Below, piece by piece: positions 11,899 through 24,576 of a DNA stretch of 64,000 bases. Numbering within the stretch: position 1 is the first letter of the stretch; each line of letters starts with the position of its first letter. Origin of the DNA: Auanema rhodensis (taxonomy: Eukaryota > Animalia > Nematoda); NCBI GenBank assembly GCA_964057225.1, contig OZ059894.1, forward strand, positions 16,182,001-16,246,000, in the 5' to 3' direction. The notes below the pieces were generated by a model, which worked only from the letters and a program-made list of their open reading frames with translations, searched no databases and was not told the DNA's origin. Made by a program: the position numbers and the translations under genes.

Positions 11899-13801
11899 AT
11901 TTGAAAAATCTTTAAAAATCATAGTTTCTCATAATAAATACTTCAATAAGCAATCAGAAATGTATTTTTGTTTTTTTTTCTTTTTTGAAGCCCTCAATAC
12001 TTTCTTCATCTATACATCTTCTTTATCTCTATTTTTCTGTTTCTCTTTTTTAGTTCTTTATCAATTTGTATGTAGCTGTGTATATAAGCAAATGTATTTG
12101 AAGTTATGCTCTTCAAATCATAAGAACAACACACGTTCATCTTCATCTTTAGGCTTCATCGTCATCTTTTCAAGATAGTTGACACGTATACTGCCCATTC
12201 ACTAAAGTGTCCGTCATCTTGTTTAACTTCTGGTCACTTCATTAAATGTTAAAACAATTGAAAAATCACTAAAAATGTGAAAGTAATTAAAATTTTTAAT
12301 AAGAATAATAGTTATTATCATTTAATTCATAATTAAAATTAACTATTTACTGGAATATCTTTAGTTAAATCTTATCTAATTTACAAAATGTTATGGCTTT
12401 CAACAAAAAAATAAAAGAAATAATGTTAAAGAAAGAGCTAACCACTTTCGTTTTTTTTTGACCTTTTGGCGCTCATTCTATCTCTCTTTCGCTTTCTCTC
12501 GTTGATCTTTTAAATATGTTTTGCTTTTATTTGAAAATACATATCATCTTTATACATTTTCTTTTATGTTTTAGACTCATTCATCAACAATCTTTTAGAT
12601 TGTTGATTGACTTTGTTGGTAAGAGAAGTATGATATGAGGCATAATTCAATAGAGATTGTTATGTTTTCCGGAAAGTAAATTTCCGGATTGAAAAAGGAG
12701 TTAACAAACTAGCTTCGTTCTGGGTTATAAAAGGTTGTTGGCCTCTTTAAATAATTGTTTGAAAGATGTTGTTCTCTTATGATTCTTGTTAACTACTATA
12801 GTGTGTAGGAATAGCATACAAAGCTATCTGTCAAGCTTTGCTCCTCCGAACAAAGAGAGACCGAAGAGAAATACGAAAAGACCATACCTGTGGTAACATA
12901 ATGAACATTGTACTTCCACTTAAAGCTCCAATACCAAGAGCAATCAGAAAAGTCATGATACGTTCATATAGCGAGGCCGATAGACATGGTAGTACGAGTA
13001 TGCCTAGCGGAGCAGCATAAGCAGTCGCTGAGACGATAGAAAGTCCGATCCCCCAAGCTTAAATAAAAACAAAAATTTAAATTTAAATTAGTTTGTTTTG
13101 TTTGGAAAAAGTTAACAGAAACTTTTAAATCTCCCCCTCCCTCCCCACAAAATTTGGATCCTTTTTAAAAAAAAATTATTTTGGGAAAAAAAAGCTGGAT
13201 TATTTATTTGTTTTTCTATTATTTTAAAACATTTTTGGTTAAATAAAAAGCAACAGACTTTAATAAAAAAAATTACAAATTCTATGCTTTTTCAAATATT
13301 TTTCTAGCACAAAGGAAGAACTTTTTGAAAAAAAAAGCTGCAGAATGTATAATAAAACATTCTTTTCAATTTTACCTCTCTCGCATACATTCCCCCCCCA
13401 CTCTCTCTCTCTTATACCTTTCCTCTCCTTTTTTCTTTCAATAATTATTATTGATTCTAATTTACCTTTTGAGATTAATAAATAGGTTAGTTTATTTAAG
13501 AAAATCTACAGAACAAATCTTTGACAACAACATGTTACGAAGTTTTTTTTTTAAAAGAAGTTTTCCTTAGAATTACCGTAATTGTCAAAATTTATGTGTT
13601 ATCTAAAGCTTTGGAATACCATATTCTATATGTATACAAGTAGATTTCTTTATATTCTTTAGTTTAAGTTCAATTAAAGTTGTACAACTTACTTTGCCAT
13701 CTTGGAGGCTTTTCCATTTCAACAATGGCTTCAGTAAGGTTATCTAGCTGTGCAGCCACGAAAGCATCCCGAAGAACGCTGTGAATGACGTCACTTGCAT
13801 T
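9513..13801 (-). CDS. ZIP/SLC39 (LIV-1-like) metal transporter with degenerate motifs; 5' end may extend to 15606
   Basis: About 13 exons: [16 protein letters not shown]...[23 protein letters not shown] (TM1-2), [24 protein letters not shown] (TM4), [22 protein letters not shown] (TM5), [20 protein letters not shown] (TM7). Confidence 0.9.
9771..9836. repeat. (GA)n microsatellite in ZIP intron
   Basis: Directly visible, lightly interrupted GA run. Confidence 0.95.
11867..11896. repeat. (TA)n microsatellite
   Basis: Directly visible. Confidence 0.9.
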
Positions 13802-15475
13802 CTAAAAATAGAAGTCTAAAAGGTTAAATAGATGATTTTATGATTTTTAAAGAAAAAAAGATTTGAAGATGACGGTGGTAGACATCTATAAAGATTTCAA
13901 TCTTTCCTCTTTATATTCCAACTTTATGTATATGACAAAAAACCGATGAAGGTGAGACTATCAGGTTCAGAAGGCGTTAAATCATAGTTGATCATTGCCC
14001 TCGTCATATGTACCATCATGTTCTCTTTCTACCTCTTTCTATCTCTTGCTCTCTGATTGGCTGGTTTCGGAACTTTTCAATTCATTGAAAAGTGGGTATA
14101 ACAGGTCAGATGACCATAGTTATTTGTTTCTTTAAAATCAAAATCAAGATATAGTAGATGAAGAAAGATTATGTTCATTGACTGCATACCAGATACAGGA
14201 AACTGTGGAATATCTTTAAGCATCTACAGAAGATAAAAAGCTAGCTCATTCGACATGCTTCTTCTAGAAGTTTCATGAGAATGATGTCATTCTTTATATA
14301 TTTATAATTACTCGTATTAAAGGGTTTTATCCAGATTTCTTGTAGTTTTGACGACGAGTTATGGAATGATCTTTCATTTTCCCTGACAAGAAAGTATTGG
14401 GAATTTCAAAAAGTTCCAAAATGGAACACACTCAGAGACACGTCTACAAAAATAAAAGAAAGTTGAGAAGAATTGACTTCGATGTCATCACCTTTGTAGT
14501 TGTTCTAACGTTTTCATAAAGATAACATCTTAAAACAATTTATCATATAGCTAGATAAAGAATGGAGAGTATCAGAACACCCTTGATGTTGACGATGCCT
14601 GATGATGATGATGACGATGACTACGACGATGATGATGACGATGCCGAAAGACAGAAGCCTTACCCTTCTTTCTCGATCTTAACTACCCGATATGACTTCA
14701 TACCTATTCATTTTTTGAGAAATACCGAAGACTAGCAAAGAACAAGACAAGTAGTATGAAAGGGAGGAAGACAAAGATGGAGGGGGGGGGGGGTTAGTAA
14801 CAACGTCGACCTCCAGAAGTCAAATGACCTTTGTCCCATATTGAACCTCAAAAGTCAAACGTGACTTCATATAAAACCATTGGGTAATTATACGAATTAT
14901 TATTACAAGTTTGACAACAAACATCAATTTTTTCTAATTTTTGTGAAGAGGAAAAGAAAAAGGTGAAGAAAGATTTTCTACAAGCAGCCGGTGTCATTTC
15001 ACACAAAGTTTTCACCTGATAACAATCTCTCGCCCCTTCTTCCTAGGTGTCGTAAGTTGTCTCTTCCTCAATTTGAATGTATTTTCAAATTTTCATAAAT
15101 TTCTAAATAATTTAAATATATTTTTGATAGATTTTAATCAATTTAGTGCTTTTACTAATTTATGTAGTTTGATTTTTTAGTCTCAACAACTGAAAGACTT
15201 GTTTGAATGTAATAATAATAATAATTTTTACTTCAAAATTTGTAAATGAAAAGATATAATTTGAAATAGTATTATAACAAGAACTTTTAATATTATAGAT
15301 GTTTTTATATGATTAGATAGTTAATTCTAAAAAATTAATAAAGAAAATACAAAGCGATTTTGATAATTCTCTTGAAAAATCGGAAAAAAGGAGAAAGATT
15401 TCGAACTTATGGAAAAGAAGATATGAGAAAGATTGAAAACCTTTATGATAATTATCTTAAGAATTTTAAAATCTA

Positions 15476-15478
<3 letters not shown>

Positions 15479-15514
<36 letters not shown>
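15479..15514. repeat. (CT)n microsatellite
   Basis: Directly visible. Confidence 0.9.
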
Positions 15515-15520
<6 letters not shown>

Positions 15521-18500
15521 AATCTCAATATATTGGTTATAAGTTCAGATATGATATAAAGCTGGAATATAGATGAAAGATGAAAATCATAAACTTACCT
15601 TTTCATAAAATTAATTTAAATAAACTTTTAAACAAAGATATCAATCTTATTCATCTTCTCTTTCTATTAAAGTTAGTGATATTTGATAAAAATACAAAAC
15701 TAACCAACAACGGTGAGGGCGACATCTGTGTTTGTGCTGGAAAACCAAGTACCGCCTCCAGTTCCTTCTTGGCTCAGCTCCACCCTCTACTACTCAGGAC
15801 CTCCCTGCCCACCCACACATCCCTCTCACTGTTTCGAATTCTATTTCTCGTCCGTCTACCTTTCCATCCTTGTTTTCCTTATCTTTCTCCACACAATGTG
15901 CTCTGTGCCTCTACTTAGACTATGTTCTTTCACCTTCAATAGCTTTAACAATTCGTCATATATAGGTAGTTTTCTGAATTTTATGACAAGAGGTATGAAA
16001 CAAAACAAATTCATTGGCTATTTGACACCAAAACAGATGTACCATAGGGCTTCCGGAGTTTTTTTTATCAGACATCAATCAAAGAAAAAAACGAGTAATC
16101 GAAGATAAAATATAATAGATTATAGCTGAAGAGGGCAATCTTTATAGTAAATGTACTTTTAAAAGAAAATTGCAAAGAAAAACAAGATTTTACTAAATTT
16201 CAATTCATCAAAATTTTCTCCATTTAGCCATAGTATCATTGGAAACGTTTTTGTTTACTTTTGTTTATTTTTTAAAAAAATTTAGGTTAAGTTCCTAAAA
16301 CAGATTAACTTTTCTTTTTTTAAATCCTTCAATAATCTTAGAAAATATTTCAAAAGTAACTAAACTATATAGTAATCTTAAGTCATGTATTAAACTTCAA
16401 AAAAAATATTTTAAAATTTGTATTTCCGCTTAGTTTTTTGGTAAAAAAAAAAGAATTTTATTGATCATACGTTATATTTACCAATCAAATATATATTTTG
16501 TTTCTATTGAGTTTGAGATTCGTAAGTAATAAAATCAGTTAAACCCAGGTTAAAGAGCAACTTTTGACCGGAAAATAATCGTTTTCCTTTACTAAATGGT
16601 ATATTATATATGAAATATATACTATATATATTTACTTTATTATATATAGATATTAAAGAAATAAATAGAAAAGTTCATATACAATGAATGAATAATATAC
16701 AAATATTCTTATTAGATTTAACTATTTATTATTTAATTTATATTTATTTAATCAAATTATAATATATATATATATATACTATACTATATTCTTAATATAA
16801 AGATCAAAATTTTGTAGTTGTCCCTGTTTTTTTCACCTAAATATTTGATATGAATCAAATAAATTTTAATGTTGTTTCAATACTGTAGTAAGAGGATTAC
16901 TTTTTAAATCTTATCGACTATTATTATTATTATTATTTTTATTTTAAAATGAGGGTGGAAATTGATATATATATAATATGAAAGAATGAGAGAGGGTGTA
17001 TAGATTAACACCAAATTATGATAATTTTTATCAAAAAATGCTGAAGATTATTTATTATATTTGATTTTAATCATCAAATTATAATAAAATGACCATTTGA
17101 ATATCTAAAAAATTAATGAAATTTTAAAAAAAATGGATATGTATATTCATTTCAAATTATTCAATTTCAATATACTTAAAGCAAAAAATTCAAAAATAGA
17201 ATTTTTATATAATTTGCGAGTATCGTCTGTTTATGCATTTCAGAGATTTTTTTAAAATTAGAAATTAATAAATTATATTATTAAATATAAAATTCTAATA
17301 TAAAGTGCAAATTTTTTAAATTTAAAAACATTAAAGATTATATCATTATCTTATCTTTTACATACATACAAATTTACAAGGTTTCGTCTACATATATATA
17401 TATATACTATTTATATTAATAGTTTTATCATTTTATATTGATTATATTGATTTTTAATTTTTTTATAATTTATCTAATTATAAATATTAAAAGTTGTATA
17501 TATTTTTCATATAATCGGTATACTGTATGCTATACTATATGTACAGGGACATTCTTCAATTTAAATTATTTTCATAGATAATTTAATGATTATTATATCA
17601 AAAAGAAATATATAAACTATATATAATATAGTATTTAGTATCATATTTTTTTATTTATTTTATATTAATTTATAGGAAAAAGATATCTTAATGTCTTCAA
17701 TAGGTGATGGGATTAGATGGTTTGATGATAACGGAAGAATGTTCAGGAAACTTCATTTATAATCAAATAATACAATGTTTATATATGTAAATATATTTTA
17801 TTTTTAATTTTAAAATAATAATTTGTTTTTTTTTTGTTTCAAAACTAGACAAATACAACAAAAATATATATTAATTGATTATTTATAATAAATATTTAAT
17901 TTAATCAATCATAACTTATTATTTTATAAGTTATGATAATAATCTTGATTATAATATTATATTATATAGTTTTTGTAGTTTTACTTTTTGGAACTATCAG
18001 TTTGCGAACATAAAGTAAAGAGTTTTTCGATTTTTCTGAACCTAGTTCATTCATACATGATCGCTTTTATTACTTGATATTTTATATTTTATTTTAATTT
18101 TTTATATTTGAAACAAAAAGTTTATTAATTTAAAAAATATTCTTTCTTTAATATTTACAAATTTTGTCTTCTTTTTAAATTTCATTATGTATTGACTATC
18201 AATACATGAAAGATTAATTAGAATAATCATTTAGAATATTTACACGTTTTCACGTATATTATATGAAATGTCAATCTTTATTATAATGAATGTAGTCACA
18301 TGAAACGGTTGTTTACATTACTTGCAGAGATTTCCATGAAATATGTTGAGTCATCGAATGAATATTAGATCTCAACTCAACATATCATTTACTTATTTAC
18401 TAAATAAAATTTATTTAATTTCAAAAAAAAATGAAAAGAAAAGAAGAAAAAAAACAATTAAAAACAATTGTTTTTCTCATATTTTTCTATTTTTAAAAGA

Positions 18501-18750
18501 AAAATAATTGGGAAGAACACAGCTAAAAGGATGATGTTAAGTTGAACATGAGGGTAATGAAAGGGAAGGCAAGAATGTTACTGATAAACCTGGTCCGACA
18601 TTGAATTGCAAAATTCATTCCATTCAAACTGTATATAATCGATTCGCTCTTTTTGAATAATAAATTATTATAATGTTTAATTAATTAATTATGCTATATA
18701 TATCTTATTTTAATAATATATAGTATATTTTAGTTTATTTTTTATATATT

Positions 18751-19419
18751 ATGCCATTAGAAGCAGGTCATCATCATCAAGTTGAACAAGTTTTACGGTA
18801 TCCAGATGGAAGTACTCAGTATAATTCAGAGGTATTTTAATAATTATTTTGTTTAAAAAACATAAATAAACATTGAAATACAGTTTCAATTTAGATAGAT
18901 GGTCTTATTGGAGATAATGAGCAGTTACAGGTAGTTTTGAAAACTTTATCGATAGATAATGAATTAAAGAATTAAGGAAGTTCCACTAGGTGATCCGATA
19001 GATAATCAATCAGATAATACGGTATGTCATTATTAGTTTTATTTAGTAAATAAGTATAAATATAACTGGTTAATAAGAAAAAATAATCAATAAACAACAA
19101 TGATTAATATAAAATAATTTTTATCTTAAATAAACTTTTAATTTGAAATAAATGCTTAATCGAATAGTATATTGCTGAATCTGATTTCGTTATACTAACC
19201 TTAAATGTGATAAATGTTTTATTTAAAAGCTTAAAGTACAAAATACTATGAATTGCTTCCTTTTTGCAGGGACCCATTAATTGGATTCATTGTTGTAACC
19301 TGAATTGCACAGCTATTGGATGGTATACATTTGGAATGTTCAGCTCAATTCCAATCGGAGTATTTCTTCTATGGTTACAGGGGAAATATTTTCCACTATA
19401 TGGATGTAAAAACGAGTAA
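18751..19419 (+). CDS. Small (~103 aa) protein with acidic N-terminus and one C-terminal transmembrane segment, unknown function
   Basis: Four phase-0 GT-AG exons (18751-18831, 18895-18930, 18977-19021, 19270-19419) stand out from very AT-rich flanks and give MPLEAGHHHQVEQVLRYPDG...WIHCCNLNCTAIGWYTFGMFSSIPIGVFLLWLQGKYFPLYGCKNE*. Confidence 0.75.
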
Positions 19420-20184
19420 TTAGTTAAAACAAAACAAAAAACAATAAATGAATAATCTCATACTTCAAATATCAATACGATTTATAACTTTTTTTTCTTT
19501 TTTTTTATTTGAAAAAAATTGTATTATATTAATAAAATATTTTAGAAAACAATCATTTTTCTCTGTTTGATGTACTTAGTTATAAACTTTGATTAAGCTG
19601 TCAGCTTCTTGATGATGATGATGATGATAACGATGGTGGTGATGTAATATGCTGCCGAGAAACCTAACACGTTCATGATGATCATTTTGACGATCATAAT
19701 CTGTTGTATGCTTACAGATAGTTTTCACTAAGATAGGGGGCAACATTGACAGAATCTAAAAGACGACCTTGTCTCTTTCTATAAATGAAATCAGATCAGA
19801 TTTGGAAAAGTGCCAAACAGTCCGTACCTAAGCCAAGAAATAGTGAAACAATCTAGCTAGCGTTCATTACTTGACATGTTATCTCTAACTGTCTCGCTCT
19901 TCTTCTATATCTCTTCATTTATCATGTTCTTTTTCATTTTCAATCTTCTTCATCAATGGCAACAGGTTTGTTGGCATATTAGACTGTAAGAGATACATGT
20001 TCTAACCTGTGTTTCAGAAGTATTGAGATGTGATCTCGTATGTCTATCTGAATGTACGGAACCTCATATGAATTGCTTTTTGTTTTTCAGTGTCGAGCCA
20101 TAACTTCTTTCATTTCATTCATCCTTCTATATTTCTCTCACGATCTTTGCTTTATTACATTTTATATATTATTTATAGAAAGTT

Positions 20185-21955
20185 ATGAAAATCGTATGTT
20201 TTTTCCTTTTATTTCTAATTTTTGAACAATCTTATACTTTTTCTCCTATTTGGATTGGTGAACAATGTAAGTTTTTCTCTTTTTCTTTTCAATCTAATTT
20301 TTTCTTTTTTTTTCAATGAATCTTCTGTTTTAAGTTAGAAAATCATCATATTTATCATATGAAGATAGTGAACAAATATCATCAAGGTGTGGATATACTC
20401 GTAAAAGTAGTACAACTGAATATCCATGGGCTGTTTCAATCTTACTTCATGTTTGTTTTTATAAAATGTTTTATTATTTTGAATAAATTATGTGTAGGAT
20501 CAACATCGTCTAGGTGGTACTATCATATCACCGTATCATATACTTACGGTTGCTCATGGTTTCATGAAATTTCAAATGGGATCAGGATCTCATTGCTTGT
20601 AAGTTAATTATTTATTTTATCAACAGAAATATTTAATTATGTCACGTATATCATTGTAAAAGAAACTTCCGAGTTTACATAATTCAAGAAATGAACTCCA
20701 ACTTCTTTTTGAGATATCACATGTACTTTCTGATAAAAGCACGTGCTTAACTGATTTTTCATATAATTATAATTATTTATATGTTTAATTATTCTTTTTT
20801 TTTTAAATCAAAAATAAAGAAAATATAATACATTTTCTTATTTAATTATAGAGCTGCAGCTTATCGTTCTATAGAAGAATTACAAAAGCGTGTTGTTGTA
20901 TACGGTGGTCGATGTATTCGAGGGGAAACTGAAGATCATCCAAATCATCCTGAGTGTATTCGGCCTGATGTATATAGAAACAAAGTACAAAATATTTTTT
21001 TTAAACTTTAATCATATTAACTATATATTATATAATATATGTTTACTATATAACTACATACGTCAATATATCTAGTTTTTGATTGATTAAGATTCGAAGT
21101 GTACTGATTGATGGTGATTTTGCTGCTCAGCAATGTCAGAATGGACACGATTTTGCAATAATTGAATTGGAAAATAGGTAAACTTTGACAAATTTGAATT
21201 AAAATGAAATTGTACAAAAGCTATTTTTCACAAAATTTTCTTAGAATTACCTTTAATGAGCGAGTAAAGCCAATCTGTCTGCCACCAATACGTCCTACAA
21301 TTCAGAAAACTCTTTTTGTTGCTGGTTGGGGTCGTAGTGATAGTAAGTGCTAACTTGTTTTCCTAATTTTTGTATTCAATGTCACTTTACAAGACCAATA
21401 ATCAGGCATTTTATTAAGTTTTCAAAGAGAGTGGCCCGTTATTGCATGAAATTCCAATGTTGGTAGACAAGTTTTGTCGAAGACCCTGGAGTGATAAGGT
21501 AGTTATCGTTTAAATTTCTCACGGCAAGCTCATTAAAATCAAAAACGTGTTCAGCTACCTCATACAGCTGAAGATCTTCTATGTGCTACATCATTGGATC
21601 CATCTGATTACAATACACCCCGAATATGCCATGTGAATCTTTCAGATACATATCATCTTATCGAAGTTTCTCTAATTTTAGGGTGACAGTGGTTCTGGCA
21701 TGGAGCAAAGAGATCAGAAAGGCCGATCTATGGTAGTAGCCATGACATCATTTGGAACACTAGGATGTCCAGCTAACATGTTAGGAAGGTAGCTAATTAT
21801 ATTAATAATAATTATATATATATATAGTTATTATACAAATTATAACTTAAATTTGAATTATATCTTATAGATTTACACGAATTGATCACTTTTTGAAGCC
21901 AATTTGTAATTATACGGGTTTATGCTATTCATCAGCTGAGTTAGCAGCCAGTTAA
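20185..21955 (+). CDS. Secreted trypsin-family (S1) serine protease, multi-exon
   Basis: Signal peptide, then EYPWAVSI, LGGTIISPYHILTVAHG (His), GHDFAIIEL (Asp), PICLP, VAGWG, CHGDSGSG (Ser), and C-terminal ICNYTGLCY. Confidence 0.93.
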
Positions 21956-22260
21956 TATTTTATTCAACTGATATATATATATGATTTTACAATTGTTAAA
22001 ACATTCATCTAATATAACATAGATGAGATGATTTTTTTCAGAAAAAAAATAAATTAATTAACTATTAATATTCTTTTTTATTATTGTTATCATGACTACT
22101 AAAGCCAATAAAATTATTAAGAAAAAAAGAAGGAAAATATTGTTTTTTTAGTTTAAAAAAACAAATATTTTTATTTACAAATGAGTATCAGATGGAAAAA
22201 ATTAATTATGTCTTCTATATAAATACTATTTCTTATGGTTTTGTTCTGATTCAAATAAAT

Positions 22261-23053
22261 ATGATATTTAATACAAAATTGTTCGTCTTTCTAGCTGCTT
22301 TTGTAGGTTTTTTTCTTTTAATTTTCAAATAAATTAATAAATATTATATAGTATATAAATTAAAAATTGAAAATAATGTACTTTATATATTCATATATTA
22401 TAATTATTATTATAAAATATTATGAGAGATTATTAAATACAATGTAATCATTTATCAACTTTTCTCACATACGTCATTATGTCATAGTATATACATATTA
22501 CATATATTCTTTTATTTTATATTGATAATTTTGAAAATATATACTATACGTATAGTTTACAAGATGATATTCAAAAACAAACTATTACATTAAAACAATA
22601 TTAACTATTACTATATTAACAATTATATAAAAGACTTTCTTCTCATATACAGGGCGTTCTAAGTACATATGCCATACATCAAGTCAAACAGGAAGCGTCT
22701 GATGTTGATAGAGATATTGATACACCTCCTCAGCCGAAACACGGTAATTCAATATTACGTTGATTGTTTAAAATCAATTTTATCAAATTATGTTTTTAGG
22801 CCAGAAAATGAATGAAGCTTCTTCTGAAGAGGTGGTACCTATGGCTCGAGCTGCTGAGGATATTAAAGGCGATATAAATCATGAAGAAGAACAAGCAGAA
22901 GAAGATGATCTTGGATATGATCCATATTTCCAACCTGGATCTGATGTAAACGTGATGTATCGTCCACTCAAATCATCAGGAATTTCCAAATTTTATTCAA
23001 ATACTATGAGTAGCTTCGTATTTATCTTTCTATTTATTTATTGTTTTTATTGA
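22261..23053 (+). CDS. Small acidic secreted protein, 3' end uncertain
   Basis: Exons 22261-22302, 22653-22743 and 22801 onward splice in frame: MIFNTKLFVFLAAFGVLSTYA (signal) IHQVKQEASDVDRD...EEEQAEEDDLGYDPYFQPGSD. Confidence 0.7.
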
Positions 23054-23591
23054 ATAACTTATAACAATTAATAATTCCTTTAGTGAGATCAAAGGAAAAT
23101 AAACAACTGCTATCACTTAACGCGTTATTTTTTTAAACCTTGGCTTCTTAATAAAGAAGGAAGTTGGAAATTTGAAACGGGAGAAGCTGGGTGACAACGT
23201 AATGAATAGTGGCCGATAAGGTTTCAAGGGAAGGAGTTGGTGGAGGGGGTGTGAAAGTCAAAATATGGAAAAAAAACGATCAAAATAAAGGAATTGTGAT
23301 TAGATTTAGAACCAAAATACACATTATAAGAGAACAAATTATTCACTTTTTTATCTTAAAAAACGTTTTTCTTCACTTTGCGATAGAAAAAAACATAAAA
23401 TGAATACAAAGAGTAGGACGTTATGTACGATATACGAAGGAGGTCATTTGGTTCAAACAGATCCGAAACTGAGTTTAGGGAACATTTTTGTTATCGAAAT
23501 AACATGAAGAAACATGAAAAAAAGTTTTTTTTTTCAGAAGAAAAGACAAATTTCTTCGATATTGTGTGTATTATTCAGATATTATTTCTGT

Positions 23592-24576
23592 TTATGATGG
23601 TAATGGTTCTTTGAACATGTAGATATCACCAGGAGAGAACTTTACCTGAAAAAAAAGAACTTTGATTATAATTTTTATTTCAATTTTATCTGAATTTTGT
23701 TAAAATAATTTTCTATTTTTCTTTCTTTTTTTTTGTTGTTTTCACCATTTTCAGAACTTATTTTGTCATTATTTCCCTCTAATCTTAACTGATTAACTTG
23801 ATGACGCAGTTAGATGGAGTTGCAAATGATACTTCGAGTTTAAAATTATCGAAGTTTGATTTGAATGTCTAGTAATCAGACATCATTTCCATTCTTTTTT
23901 TCCACATTTCTGCTCTTCGTTGCTTGATTTTTGAAAAAAAAAGAATGAAAGAGAAGAAATTTAAATAAACTACAAAAGAGAAGCAAAACCAACAAAAAAG
24001 AAAAGAAACAAAAGCTAAAATTGGTAAAAACAAACAACAAATGAATATTGTTTTAATCATTTTATTGAAATTTTTATAATTAAAAGATCAAATTAAACAT
24101 TATTACCGGCTTAGCTCCCATGTGTTCTTTGGCATATGTACAACACAATTGGCGAGCAACATCCATATTGCAAGGCTTAAGACAGCAATCAACCACCACT
24201 GAAGAAAATTATTAAGTTCAGTTCAAAAGAAAAATTTAAGCTGAAAATCAAAAAAAATTAATTAAAGTTTTCGTTTTTGAATTTAAATATAAACTTTGAG
24301 CTCTGACTTACTAGACTCTACGCTTTCTTCCTCTGTATCTCCTTCTGAGCAATCCATGAATGTTTGACTGAAATCATAATAAATTTATTTTGAAAATCTT
24401 TAAGAAAAATATTTAAAGAAGAAGCCGAGGATAGTAAAAATTTAAAAAGTAACAACTTACGGGCATTGTTCTGTCAAAAATTGTGCAAGGCGACTGCCAC
24501 AAATTCGTGGCCAGTGGCGAAGAGCTGTCGAGCTGGCCAAGAAGAAACAGAAAAGAATAGTTAATGGAAGTTTCAT
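23592..24576 (-). CDS. Insulin-like peptide, nematode beta type (8 Cys)
   Basis: Exons 24576-24461, 24367-24312, 24198-24107, plus probable 23645-23592. Signal peptide, B chain RICGSRLAQFLTEQCPQTFMDC, A chain VVDCCLKPCNMDVARQLCC. Confidence 0.92.

Noticed and set aside
14873-14893. SL1-like word (TAATTACCCAA on the minus strand)
   Set aside because: Only 11 nt match, with no following splice donor or Sm site.
15580-16108. Three overlapping ORFs in a C-rich block
   Set aside because: Low-complexity pyrimidine-rich DNA open in all frames with no motif; probably promoter or UTR.
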